Source: Verrucomicrobiota bacterium (lineage in GTDB: Bacteria; Verrucomicrobiota; Verrucomicrobiia; CAIQCK01). Taken from it: a stretch of DNA of 64,000 nt. This document shows, piece after piece, positions 19,202 to 29,049 of the stretch. Position 1 is the stretch's first letter; every line of letters starts with the position of its first letter. The notes beneath the pieces are model-generated. The model saw only the letters and a list, made by a program, of their open reading frames with translations. It had not been told where the DNA came from and made no database searches. Location: NCBI GenBank assembly GCA_016222825.1, contig JACRQF010000024.1, forward strand, positions 1,614 to 65,613, in the 5' to 3' direction. A program made the position numbers and the translations under genes.

Positions 19202-21178
19202 ATGATCACGTCTCGTCAGCTTCTCACTGTCTCCCTCGCCTTTCTCATCCTCACTGTGGCCGGTGGCGGTCTGGCCCGCTCCGCGTCGCCGCAAAAACCC
19301 TCCAAACCGAAACGCACCGCCGTGCCATCGCCGCCGGTTGACGCCGCGCGCGTCAAAGCCGTCATGGCGATGCTGCCGGAGCAACCGGCGGGCGTCGGTC
19401 GGCCCATCGGCGAGCGCACGGCGTGGAACAATCTCGCGCGCGAGGCGGCGGGCAAGGGAGTCATCAAACGGGCGGAGATAATCCTCTCGCAGTCCGTGCC
19501 GGAGCAGCCGGACGACCTCTACCTCGACTTCTCGCGCACAGGCAACCGCACGCGCTGGCAAAAAGTCGCGTTCGAGCGGCGCGGGCGGCTGTCATGGCTC
19601 GTGCTGGCGGAATGCCTTGAGGGCAAAGGCCGTTTCCTGTCGAAGATCGAGGGACTCATCGCGGCGTTCTGCGCGGAGAAATGCTGGGTGATGCCGGCGC
19701 ACGACCGGCGGCTCACCAACTTCAACGGCACGTTCGTTGACGTGGACCTCGCTTCGTCGGCGCTGGCGTGGAATCTCGCCACGGCCGACTGGCTGCTTGG
19801 CGACAAGCTCTCCGCGACGACGCGGAAGCTGCTCCGCGAGAAGGTCCACAAGTTCGTGCTCGATCCGTGTCTGGCGGCGTATCGCGGCACGCGCCGGCTC
19901 GACGGCTGGATGAAGACGACGAACAACTGGAACGCCGTCTGTCTGGCGGGCGTCACGGGCGCGGCGCTGGCGCTGCTGGACTCGCGCGAGGAGCGGGCGC
20001 TCTTCGTCGCGGCGGCGGAGCAGTTCTCCAAGAACTTCCTCGCCGGGTTCACGCCTGACGGCTATTGCTCCGAGGGCCTCGGCTACTGGGACTACGGCTT
20101 CGGACATTACGTGTTGCTCAGCGAGACGGTGTGCCAGGCGACGGGCGGCAAGCTCGATTTGTTCGCGCGGCCCGAGGCGAAGGCACCGGCGGAGTTCGGC
20201 GCGCGCATCCAGATCATCGGCGGCGTCGCGCCGGCGTTCGCGGATTGCAGCGTCAACGCCAAGCCGTCGCCGGAGATCATGTGGTTCGTGAACCGCCGGC
20301 TCGGTCTCGGCCTGAGCGCGTATGACAAGTTCAACGCGGGCGACGAGGAGTTCACAGGGCACTGGTTCGGCTTCCTGTTCGAGTCGGCGCTCTACAGTTT
20401 CCCGAACTCGGCTTCGCGGGCGAAGCGGCAGGATAGCGGCCGCGACTACGAGTTGGGCCTGCGCACTTGGTTCGACAGCGCCGGCATCCTCATCGGCCGG
20501 CCCGCGCCCGGCTCGCCGTGCCGGATGGGCGTCGCGCTCAAGGGCGGCCATAACGCCGAGCACCACAACCACAACGACGTCGGCAGCTACGTCGTGGTCG
20601 TCGGCAAGCGTCCCGTGCTGCTTGATCCCGGCGCGGAGACTTACACGGCGCGCACGTTCAGCAAGGACCGCTACGTCAGCAAACTGCTGAACTCCTTCGG
20701 CCATCCGGTGCCGCTGGTCGCCGGCAAACTCCAGCGCGAAGGCCGCGATGCGCAGGCGAAGGTGTTGCGGACCGAGTTCACCGACCGCGCCGACACGTTC
20801 GCGCTCGACATCGCCTCGCCGTATTCGTGCCCGGAGCTGAAGCGGCTGGAGCGGACGTTTGTGTATTCGCGCGAGGGCGCCGGCTCGCTGACGGTGACGG
20901 ACACAGTGGAGTTCGCCAGCCCGCAGTCGTTCGGCACCGCGCTGGTCACGCTCGGCAAGTGGGAGCGCACGGACGACGGCAGCCTGCTCGTGCGCGACGG
21001 CGACGAAGCGGTGCGCGTCGAGATCAAGGTGAAGGGTGGCGAGATCACCGTGCAGGCCGAGGAGATTGTCGAGGACGCACCTGTGAAACCGACGCGCATC
21101 GGCCTCAACTTCACGCAACCCGTGACGGCGGCAACCGTCACGCTGAAGATCACGCCCACTGGGAAGTCAAAACCATGA
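19202..21178 (+). CDS. Heparinase II/III-like polysaccharide lyase
   Basis: Signal peptide, NNWNAVC, EGLGYWDYG, HNHNDVGSY, DPG.ETY, S.GH.VP. Confidence 0.8.
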   Translation: MITSRQLLTVSLAFLILTVAGGGLARSASPQKPSKPKRTAVPSPPVDAARVKAVMAMLPEQPAGVGRPIGERTAWNNLAREAAGKGVIKRAEIILSQSVPEQPDDLYLDFSRTGNRTRWQKVAFERRGRLSWLVLAECLEGKGRFLSKIEGLIAAFCAEKCWVMPAHDRRLTNFNGTFVDVDLASSALAWNLATADWLLGDKLSATTRKLLREKVHKFVLDPCLAAYRGTRRLDGWMKTTNNWNAVCLAGVTGAALALLDSREERALFVAAAEQFSKNFLAGFTPDGYCSEGLGYWDYGFGHYVLLSETVCQATGGKLDLFARPEAKAPAEFGARIQIIGGVAPAFADCSVNAKPSPEIMWFVNRRLGLGLSAYDKFNAGDEEFTGHWFGFLFESALYSFPNSASRAKRQDSGRDYELGLRTWFDSAGILIGRPAPGSPCRMGVALKGGHNAEHHNHNDVGSYVVVVGKRPVLLDPGAETYTARTFSKDRYVSKLLNSFGHPVPLVAGKLQREGRDAQAKVLRTEFTDRADTFALDIASPYSCPELKRLERTFVYSREGAGSLTVTDTVEFASPQSFGTALVTLGKWERTDDGSLLVRDGDEAVRVEIKVKGGEITVQAEEIVEDAPVKPTRIGLNFTQPVTAATVTLKITPTGKSKP

Positions 21179-22935
21179 AAGCTCTTTCGACGTTGATCTG
21201 CATGCTCCTGGCGGCAAACGCCACCGCCGCCGAGTGGAATCCGCGCGAGAAGTTCCTCCGCTCGCTCGTGGACGACGTGCCGAAGATGCTCAAGAACCAG
21301 AACCGGGAGACGGGCCGTTTCGGCGACCAGCCGTGGATTTGCACCGATCAGAATCTCGTCTTCCCGCTCGCCGCGGCGTGGGCCATCAAGGACAAGTCCA
21401 ACCCCTACTACCACAGCGCCGAGGTGCTGGAGGCGGTGATGAAGGGCGGCGACGCGCTCGTGACCGACCAGGACAAGAACGGCATGTGGACGTTCCGCAA
21501 GAAAGACAACTCGACGTGGGGCCAGATTCTGATGCCGTGGACTTACAGCCGATGGATTCGTGCGTTCTCGTTGATCAAGGACGCGATGCCTGCCGAGCGC
21601 CGGCAGCATTGGGAGAAGGGCCTGCTGCTCGGCTTCAGCAATATCTCAAAGAGCTGTCTGGGCCACGTCCACAACATCCCAAGCCACCATGCGATGGCGC
21701 TCTACTGCGCCGGCCAGTGTTTCAACCGCGACGACTGGAAGCAGCAGGCGCGGACGTTCATGGGGAAGGTCGTCGCGGCGCAGACGCCCGGCGGCTGGTG
21801 GGTCGAGCATAACGGGCCGGTCGTCGCCTACAACTTCGTCTATGGCGAGGCACTCGGCATCTACTATGCGATGTCGCGCGACGCGAGCGTGCTGGAGGCG
21901 TTGCGGCGCGCAGCGGTCTTCCACGGGACGTTTGTCTATCCCGACGGCAGCATCGTGGAGACGGTGGACGAGCGGAATCCCTACGAAGCCGGCACCGCGC
22001 ACGGCAAGGTCGGCTTCACCTTCACGCCGGTGGAGCGCAACGCGAGCCTCAGCTTCACGGCTGAGGGCCGCGGCTTTCTGTTGCGCCAGTTCCGGCTCCG
22101 AAACTGGTCCGTCGCAGCCGATGAAGCCGCCGCTCATCTGCTTTACGGCGAGACTGGCCCCGCCGCTCCACTCGCCGCCGAACGCGATGAGCACTTCGCC
22201 GTGGTCGGCAATAACGAGGCGCTCGTGCTACGCCGCAAACCGTGGTTCATCTGTCTGTCGGCGTTCATTTGCGAGCAATCCACGAGCCGATGGATCCAGG
22301 ACCGGCAGAACTTCGTCAGCATCTTCCACGACCGCACCGGATTGATTGTCGGCGGCGGCAACACGAAGATGCAGCCGTTCTGGAGCAACTTTACCGTCGG
22401 CGACACATCGCTGCTCCAGCACAAGCCCGGCGATGAGAACCCGAAGTTCAAGCCAAAGCCCGGCTTGGTCCACATCCCGTCCGCCGCCAAGCTGCGCGCC
22501 GACAAGAACGCGCCGGGCCTCGACCTGACCTACGGCGGCGAAGATTGCCGGATTACCGTTCAACCGAAAGATGACAACAAGCTGGCGCTCGTTTGCGAAG
22601 CGAGCCGCAAATCCGACAAGGCCGTCGAGGGCCACGTCGTCTTCCTGCCGCGCCTCGGCACCGCCATCACCTGCTCCTCCGGCAAGTCCGCCAAGCTCGG
22701 CGATGCCGCCTTCGAGTGGAGCGCCACCGACATCGGCAGTTGGTTCGAGCACGGCGGCGTGCGCATCAGCGTCCCGCCCGACGCGCGACTGACGTGGCCG
22801 AAGAAGCGCCACAGCCCCTACACCAAGGATGGCCGCAGTGAACTGCGCGACGCGCGGCTGGTGCTCTGCCTGCCGTTCGCGGCGACAACAAAGCAGGAAG
22901 TCGTGTTGAAAATCCGTGATACGCAAGAACGGTAA
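21175..22935 (+). CDS. Hypothetical exported alpha/alpha-toroid plus beta-sandwich protein (lyase-like)
   Basis: Signal peptide, ATGA coupling to the lyase gene, HNIPSHH and EHNGP..YNFVY motifs, helical N-half and beta-rich C-half. Confidence 0.55.
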   Translation: MKALSTLICMLLAANATAAEWNPREKFLRSLVDDVPKMLKNQNRETGRFGDQPWICTDQNLVFPLAAAWAIKDKSNPYYHSAEVLEAVMKGGDALVTDQDKNGMWTFRKKDNSTWGQILMPWTYSRWIRAFSLIKDAMPAERRQHWEKGLLLGFSNISKSCLGHVHNIPSHHAMALYCAGQCFNRDDWKQQARTFMGKVVAAQTPGGWWVEHNGPVVAYNFVYGEALGIYYAMSRDASVLEALRRAAVFHGTFVYPDGSIVETVDERNPYEAGTAHGKVGFTFTPVERNASLSFTAEGRGFLLRQFRLRNWSVAADEAAAHLLYGETGPAAPLAAERDEHFAVVGNNEALVLRRKPWFICLSAFICEQSTSRWIQDRQNFVSIFHDRTGLIVGGGNTKMQPFWSNFTVGDTSLLQHKPGDENPKFKPKPGLVHIPSAAKLRADKNAPGLDLTYGGEDCRITVQPKDDNKLALVCEASRKSDKAVEGHVVFLPRLGTAITCSSGKSAKLGDAAFEWSATDIGSWFEHGGVRISVPPDARLTWPKKRHSPYTKDGRSELRDARLVLCLPFAATTKQEVVLKIRDTQER

Positions 22936-23075
22936 CTGCGCGTGATGGCATCGCCCCAGTCGCAGTTGCCAGCATCAAAGCCTCGCCGGACAAATTGGCA
23001 TGAGATGGATTGGAGCCTATGAATGGAACAACGATACGCTGCCGCAGTCGCTCGACCAGTTGAGCCGCAAAACGC

Positions 23076-23103
23076 TTGCAGCGGAGCCGGCCGGCGGTAT
23101 TGT
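23076..23103 (+). promoter_or_regulatory. Putative sigma70 promoter of pfp
   Basis: TTGCAG-N16-TATTGT. AGGAGAG RBS at 23121. Confidence 0.45.
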
Positions 23104-23134
23104 TCGGCGGTCCAAGGTTGAGGAGAGATGCGTT

Positions 23135-24406
23135 ATGAAACCAGTAGTTGGAAAAGGCGGAACACTCGGCATCATCGTCGGCGGCGGGCCGGCGCCGGGC
23201 ATCAACGGCGTCATCGCGGCCGCCGCCATTGAAGCCACCTACCGCGGCAGGAAAGTCATCGGTTTTTACGACGGCTTCAAGTGGCTCGCGCGCGGCGACA
23301 CCGACCACGTCGCGCTGTTGAAGACCGACGACGTTTCCCGCATCCATTTCCAGGGCGGCTCGATCCTGCGCACGTCGCGCGAGAACCCGACCAAGGACCC
23401 GAAGAAGATGGCGAACGTGCTGGCGGGCTTGAAGAAGCTCGGCGTGGACTGGCTCGTCACCATCGGCGGCGACGACACCGCCCACAGCTCCAGCCAGGTG
23501 GAGAAACAGGCCGGCGGGGCCATCCGCGTCGTCCACGTGCCGAAGACCATTGACAACGATCTGCCGCTGCCCGGTTCGATGCCAACGTTCGGCTACGAAA
23601 CGGCGCGCACGGTTGGCGCCGAGATTGTCCACAATCTCATGGAAGACGCCCGCACGTCGGGCCAGTGGTTCTACGTCATCTCGATGGGCCGCCACGCCGG
23701 CCATCTCGCGCTCGGCATCGGCAAGGCCGCCGGCGCGACCACCACGATCATTCCGGAGGAGTTCCACACGCCGAAGGTTTCGCTCGCCGAGGTGTGCGAC
23801 GTGCTCGAAGGCTCGATCATCAAGCGTTACGCGATGGGCCGCCCCGACGGCGTCGCCGTCATCGCCGAGGGCGTCGCCAGCAAACTCACCGACGCCGACC
23901 TCAAGGCCCTCGAAAAACAAAACCTTGCCTCGTTGGAGTATGACGACCACGACAACCCGAAGCTGTCGGAGGTGGACTTCGGCCGCGCCATCAAGGACGA
24001 GATCAAACGGCGGGTGGCCAGGAGCAACATGAAGCTCAAGGCGGTGGACAAGAAGATCGGCTATGAAGTCCGTTGCGCGCCGCCGGTGCCGTTCGACTGC
24101 GAATACACGCGCGACCTCGGCTACTCGGCGATCCGGTTCCTCTCCAACGGCGGCTCCGGCGCGATGGTCAGCATCCAGAACGGCAAGATGGTGCCGATGT
24201 ATTTCCCCGACATCATGGACGCGCGCGGCAAGACCCGCGTCCGCATGGTGGACACCGCCACCGAATACTACGCCGTCGCCCGCAACTACATGATCCGGCT
24301 AGAATCCTGCGACTTCGCCGACAAGAAGCGCCTGGCGCTGCTGGCCGACACCGGCGGCTACACGCCGGCGGAGTTCGTGAAGAAGTTCGCGCGCCACGCG
24401 AAGTAA
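23135..24406 (+). CDS. pfp: Pyrophosphate-dependent 6-phosphofructokinase
   Basis: GGGPAPG, GGDD (Asp diagnostic of PPi use), PKTIDND, MGR, LGY. Good RBS. Confidence 0.88.
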   Translation: MKPVVGKGGTLGIIVGGGPAPGINGVIAAAAIEATYRGRKVIGFYDGFKWLARGDTDHVALLKTDDVSRIHFQGGSILRTSRENPTKDPKKMANVLAGLKKLGVDWLVTIGGDDTAHSSSQVEKQAGGAIRVVHVPKTIDNDLPLPGSMPTFGYETARTVGAEIVHNLMEDARTSGQWFYVISMGRHAGHLALGIGKAAGATTTIIPEEFHTPKVSLAEVCDVLEGSIIKRYAMGRPDGVAVIAEGVASKLTDADLKALEKQNLASLEYDDHDNPKLSEVDFGRAIKDEIKRRVARSNMKLKAVDKKIGYEVRCAPPVPFDCEYTRDLGYSAIRFLSNGGSGAMVSIQNGKMVPMYFPDIMDARGKTRVRMVDTATEYYAVARNYMIRLESCDFADKKRLALLADTGGYTPAEFVKKFARHAK

Positions 24407-24427
24407 CGATCGCCTCCGGGCCGGGCG

Positions 24428-25765
24428 CTACTTTCCCGGCGCGGCGAGGTCCACGCAGACCAGTTCCTTGTCGTTGCGGGCGAAGAGGCAGCACTGCGCG
24501 AACGCCGGATGGCTCCAAACCATCGCGCGGCCGAAGGTCTTGTTCGACGGCTCCAGCACGTGAAAGCGGCCGAGTTCCTCGCAGCCCTTCGGCGAGAGCT
24601 TTGCGAGGATGAGGTCGCCCTGCTCGTTGAAAAGGAAGAACTTGTCGCCGTGCTTGATCAGGAACGCCGTGCCGTAACGGCCCTTCTTTCCCTCGCCCGT
24701 CGTCGGCGCGGTCGTCTGCCAGAGCCGCTCGCCGTCGCTGAGCCGCACGCACGTCAGTGCGCCGCTGTCCGCGTCGCAGCCATAAACCACGTCGCCTTCG
24801 ATGAACGGCGAGGCCGTGCCGCTGTAGAGCGCGTTCTTCGGGTTGCCCTTCCAGACGATCTCCGCGCCCGACGCGCCCTGCTTGAGCTTCAACAACGCGC
24901 CGACTTCCTTGTAGCTCGATGCGAACAACAGCGAGCCGGCTTTGCGTGGCGCGGCGATGGCCATGCCGTAGCTCGGCTTGAGCGGCACCGACCAGTTCAC
25001 CTTGCCGGTGTCCGGCTCGACGCTGTTGAGCGACTCGCCGTGCCAGAAGAGCAGTTGCCGCTTGCCGTCATGCTCGATCAAGCTCGGCGGGCAGTAACCC
25101 GGCGCTTCCGCTGGCAACGCCCGCCAACGCTCGCGGCCCGTGTTCTTGTCCAGCGCCAGCGCCACGCCGTCCTTGCTGCCGACAACGCAGAACACCGTGT
25201 CGCCGACCACCAGCGGATGCGACGCGTAGCCCCACACTGCCGTCTGCGCGCCGTAGTCCTTCGTGAAATCCTTGCTCCAGATCACCTTGCCCGTGGCGGC
25301 GTCGAGGCACCAGAGGTTCCCCTCCGCGCCCAGCGCATAGACCTTGCCGCCATCCACCGTCGGCGTGCAACGAGGCCCGCTGCTGTAGGATATCTTGTAA
25401 GGCCGCTCGTATTCGTGCTTCCAGAGCAGTTTCCCGCTCGCAGCATCGAGACAAAGCACGCGCTCTGTTCCGCCCAGTTCGTCCGTGTTGAACGAATTGT
25501 TCTTCGTTTCGCCGGACTGCCGCACGTAGTCCATGACGAACACCTTCCCGTCCGCCACCGCTGGCCCGGCGTAACCCAGCGCAATCGGCGTCCGCCACTT
25601 CACCGGCAGCCCCGACGCGGGAATCGCCACGACCACGCCGTTTTCCCGCCACACGCCGTCGCGCTGCGGCCCCATCCACTGCGGCCAGTCGTCGGCAGAC
25701 ACCGCCAAGGCCAGCCAGACCGGGATGCCTGCAAGGATTGTTCCACTCCACTTGGGATGTTTCAT
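24428..25765 (-). CDS. PQQ-like/BamB-type beta-propeller repeat protein, exported
   Basis: DDWPQWMGPQRDG, repeated CLDAA.GK..W blades, WSHPAFA..LFARND ending. Confidence 0.85.
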   Translation of the reverse strand: MKHPKWSGTILAGIPVWLALAVSADDWPQWMGPQRDGVWRENGVVVAIPASGLPVKWRTPIALGYAGPAVADGKVFVMDYVRQSGETKNNSFNTDELGGTERVLCLDAASGKLLWKHEYERPYKISYSSGPRCTPTVDGGKVYALGAEGNLWCLDAATGKVIWSKDFTKDYGAQTAVWGYASHPLVVGDTVFCVVGSKDGVALALDKNTGRERWRALPAEAPGYCPPSLIEHDGKRQLLFWHGESLNSVEPDTGKVNWSVPLKPSYGMAIAAPRKAGSLLFASSYKEVGALLKLKQGASGAEIVWKGNPKNALYSGTASPFIEGDVVYGCDADSGALTCVRLSDGERLWQTTAPTTGEGKKGRYGTAFLIKHGDKFFLFNEQGDLILAKLSPKGCEELGRFHVLEPSNKTFGRAMVWSHPAFAQCCLFARNDKELVCVDLAAPGK

Positions 25766-25802
25766 TGTTTGTTCTCCAGCGTTGCCGGCGCGACAACCAG
25801 CG

Positions 25803-27365
25803 TCATTCGTTCTCCACGGGCTGCCCCCACTTTAGGGCCGTCTGCAACGTCGCGGCAAGCTTCGGATAGTCGGCGGGCTTGCTGTCGTTGTATTCGGCGA
25901 GGCCCCATGCGCCGTGGTGGCTGTAGGCGCCGATACTGGAAAAGACCGCGAAGACGTCGCCGCCGAGCTTCGCCCACTCGTCGTAGTAACGCCGATACAG
26001 CTCGCCCATGCGCGGATGGCGGTTGCAGGCGTGCATCGTGGCACTGACCTTCTTCACGAGTTGCTGGTCCCTCAAAAACGCCACCATGTGCTGGCCGCCT
26101 TCGTAGGCGATGAGTTTGACGCCGTATTTGTCGGCGATGGCCTTGTCCTTCGCCATGCGGTTGAGGCTGTCGGCGAAGCCGGTCTTTTCGAAATGATCCA
26201 GCATCTGGTTCACCGACCAGTCCTTCATCTGGTCGGCGAGGTTGGCGGTCTTGCCGCGGCCGATGGTGTAGCCCATGTAGGGAGCGACGGCCAGCGCGTC
26301 GGCGTGCTTGGCGGCGTTGCGGAAACCGAGAACGCCTTCCGAAACCGACGTGACGCCCGACTGCGACGGCAGCACGCGCACGAAACGCTCGTGACCGCCG
26401 AAGACCTCCTCCCAAATCTTGAAGATATCCATCGAGCGCACGGCGGTGAAATGCCAGCCGGCTTCCCACGGTCGCTCTTTCGGGCCGAGGCCGAGTTTCA
26501 CGCCCTGCTCGCCGGCGTAGTGCGACTGCTTGAACTGGCCGTTCCAGACTTCGTTGGAATACTCGATGTAAATCTTCAGCGACGGGTCGAGCCGCTCCTT
26601 CACCATCTTCGCGAAGTTGCGGATGAAGTCGTCGTCCGCCAGATGCGGCATGCAGAACCACGGGGCAACCTTCTGGCGGTTGCACAACTCGATCATCCAC
26701 TCCAGCGCCACGCCGCGCTTGGAGAACGTCGCGTGCCGGAGCGTCGGCCGCTGGCTCCACCGGGCGATCTCGGAGTTGTTGGTGTGCATCCAGTCCATGA
26801 ACCGGAAGCACGCGAAGCCCTTCCATCGTTTCAGGAAGACCGGATGAAACGGGTCGCGCTCCCACGTCGGCTCGAAGCCCGGCATGATGACGCGGATGTT
26901 GCGGACGCAGTTGGCGGGATTGGTTTCCTTGAGCTGCACCGAAAAGCCGCCCCGGCTCGAATCCACATCAATCAGGATACGGCCCGGCTTGGATTCCTTG
27001 ACCTTCGCGCTGTTGCCGAAATCGAGCTTGCCCTCGCCCTCGTAAAGCACCGTATAGACGCCGGCTGGATAATGTCCGCCCCGGATGGTGCAGATCATTG
27101 CCTCGGCGTAGCAGTCCGGCTCCAGCCTCTTGACCCATCCGAACTCATCGAGCGCCAGTTCCGGCCCCTTGCCCCATCCCGCGCCTTTCCTTTGGCTGAT
27201 CCAGGTGCGCGACGTGCGGAACACATCCACAAATGGCAACTCGGTCATCCAATCCGCCGGCCCGGCGAGATTCATGCCGAGGCGGGGTTTTGCGTCGGGT
27301 GGAGCGGCGGCGGTGGCGGTCGCGGCAGAAAATGCACACACAAGCAACGCGAGGAGCGTCTTCAT
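25803..27365 (-). CDS. Exported putative clan GH-A TIM-barrel glycoside hydrolase ('cellulose-binding protein'-like)
   Basis: Signal peptide, FRFMDW, IYIEYSNEVWN (NE acid/base-like), LIAYEGGQH (nucleophile-like). Confidence 0.6.
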   Translation of the reverse strand: MKTLLALLVCAFSAATATAAAPPDAKPRLGMNLAGPADWMTELPFVDVFRTSRTWISQRKGAGWGKGPELALDEFGWVKRLEPDCYAEAMICTIRGGHYPAGVYTVLYEGEGKLDFGNSAKVKESKPGRILIDVDSSRGGFSVQLKETNPANCVRNIRVIMPGFEPTWERDPFHPVFLKRWKGFACFRFMDWMHTNNSEIARWSQRPTLRHATFSKRGVALEWMIELCNRQKVAPWFCMPHLADDDFIRNFAKMVKERLDPSLKIYIEYSNEVWNGQFKQSHYAGEQGVKLGLGPKERPWEAGWHFTAVRSMDIFKIWEEVFGGHERFVRVLPSQSGVTSVSEGVLGFRNAAKHADALAVAPYMGYTIGRGKTANLADQMKDWSVNQMLDHFEKTGFADSLNRMAKDKAIADKYGVKLIAYEGGQHMVAFLRDQQLVKKVSATMHACNRHPRMGELYRRYYDEWAKLGGDVFAVFSSIGAYSHHGAWGLAEYNDSKPADYPKLAATLQTALKWGQPVENE

Positions 27366-27377
27366 GTTTCCTCCGCT

Positions 27378-28769
27378 TCAGCGCTTGCCCAGCAGCTCCA
27401 GCACCGCCGCAGTCATCGCGGTCACGCCGGTCTTGATCGTCGGCTCGGGCAGCGGCGCGTAGAGCGGGGAGTGCAGCGACGGCAACGGCTGGCCGCCGCG
27501 ATCCGCCTCGGCGACGCGCTTCGGGTCCGCCGAGCCGAGCCAGAACATGCAGACCGGAATCTTCTCCTTGGTGCGCCCGTAAAGGCCGAAGTCCTCCGCG
27601 CCCATCGAGGCTTTGCGCGACTTCACCGAGTCCTTGCCGAACCACGCGCCGAACGCGCGCATGAGCCGCTGGGTGAGCGGCGGGTCGTTATAGGTGGCCT
27701 TGGCGTTTTCCGAAGCGACGGTGACCTCCGGCACGCGGTCCTCCGGCAAGCCCGCCGCCAGCGCCAGGCCGCGCGTGATGCGCTTGATGGCGGCGATCTG
27801 CTGGTCGCGCACGGCGTCGGAGTAGGAGCGCAGCGTCAACTGGAGCTTCACCTCGTCGGGGATGATGTTGTGTTTCGCGCCGCCGTGGATGGAGCCGACC
27901 GTGACGACCGCAGGCTCGGTCGGCTCGATCTCGCGGCTGACGATGGTCTGCAACGCCAGCACGATCTGGGCGGCGAGGACGATGGGGTCCCTGGTCTTGT
28001 GCGGCATCGCGCCGTGGCCGCCCGCGCCATGCACGACGATGTCCACGGCGTCGGAGTTGGCGAGCGCGAAACCCTCCGTGTAGCCGATCACGCCCGCGGG
28101 CAGATCGCCGGAGACGTGCTGCGCGATGCAGAAGTCCGGCTTTGGGAACCGCGTAAACAACCCGTCGGCGAGCATCCGCCGCGCGCCGCTGACGCGCTCC
28201 TCCGCCGGCTGGCCGATGAACACGACCGTGCCCTGCCACCGGTCCTTCAACGCCGCCAGCACGCGCGCCACGCCGACGAGACAGGTCATGTGAACGTCGT
28301 GTCCGCACGCGTGCATCACGCTCACCTCGCGCCCCAGTTCGTCCTTGGTTTTCACCTGGCTCGCGTAGGGAACGCCGGTCAGCTCCTTCACCGGCAGCGC
28401 GTCCATGTCCGAGCGCACCAGCACCACCGGCCCGCTGCCGTTGCGGAGCACGGCGACGACACCGTGGCCGCCGACGTTCTCGGTGACCTCCAGCCCCGCC
28501 GCGCGGAGCTTGTCGGCGAGCTGCTTCGAGGTGCGCGCCTCGTGGAACGACATCTCCGGATGGGCGTGGAGGTCTTTGTAGAACTCGAAGAGGGAGCCAT
28601 ACTCGGCCTCCGCGCGCGCCTGCACCTGCGGCTTCGCGGCGGCGGCATCGGCGCGCGCGGCTTGCGGAGCGTCGAACAGGACGCAGACGCCCGCGCACAA
28701 TGCGAGCAGGCTGCTGTTCAGGAAATCACGACGGGAAGGTTTGTGGTTCATGGGGTTCTCCAAGTTCAT
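27378..28769 (-). CDS. Tat-exported M20D amidohydrolase (hippurate hydrolase-like)
   Basis: SRRDFL, RSDMDALP, MHACGHDVH, QPAEE, GAEDF, LHSP. Confidence 0.9.
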   Translation of the reverse strand: MNLENPMNHKPSRRDFLNSSLLALCAGVCVLFDAPQAARADAAAAKPQVQARAEAEYGSLFEFYKDLHAHPEMSFHEARTSKQLADKLRAAGLEVTENVGGHGVVAVLRNGSGPVVLVRSDMDALPVKELTGVPYASQVKTKDELGREVSVMHACGHDVHMTCLVGVARVLAALKDRWQGTVVFIGQPAEERVSGARRMLADGLFTRFPKPDFCIAQHVSGDLPAGVIGYTEGFALANSDAVDIVVHGAGGHGAMPHKTRDPIVLAAQIVLALQTIVSREIEPTEPAVVTVGSIHGGAKHNIIPDEVKLQLTLRSYSDAVRDQQIAAIKRITRGLALAAGLPEDRVPEVTVASENAKATYNDPPLTQRLMRAFGAWFGKDSVKSRKASMGAEDFGLYGRTKEKIPVCMFWLGSADPKRVAEADRGGQPLPSLHSPLYAPLPEPTIKTGVTAMTAAVLELLGKR

Positions 28770-28882
28770 GGCGCTTCAAGCTCAACCATTTGGCAAATGC
28801 GAGGAGACACTTACACTCCGGCCGGCCGCGAGGGCAAGCTTGTTGATGCCGGCGGCTTGGGTGCGATCCAATGTGTCGGTCC

Positions 28883-28942
28883 TGTAGCTGAACGCGCCAG
28901 CGTTCAGTCGCCGCGGGCTGAACGCTGGCGCGTTCAGCTACA
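28883..28942. repeat. GTAG-type REP doublet (REPIN-like)
   Basis: Perfect 25-bp inverted repeat TGTAGCTGAACGCGCCAGCGTTCAG (28883-28907) / 28918-28942. Each arm is GTAG plus an 8-bp hairpin. Confidence 0.85.
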
Positions 28943-29049
28943 CGCTTCGCGTGGCTTTGACCGGCATGCTGGATCGCACCCCGGCGGCTTTTGGCGCTTG
29001 ACGTTGCGCCCGCGCGCTCTTACTCAAGACGGCGCAACCAGAGACGCCT

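Noticed and set aside
20827-21174. N-terminal extension of the 21175 gene (likewise 3651, 13567, 45494 and 39447 extensions)
   Set aside because: These overlap upstream genes. The downstream ATGs give clean signal peptides and stop/start coupling.
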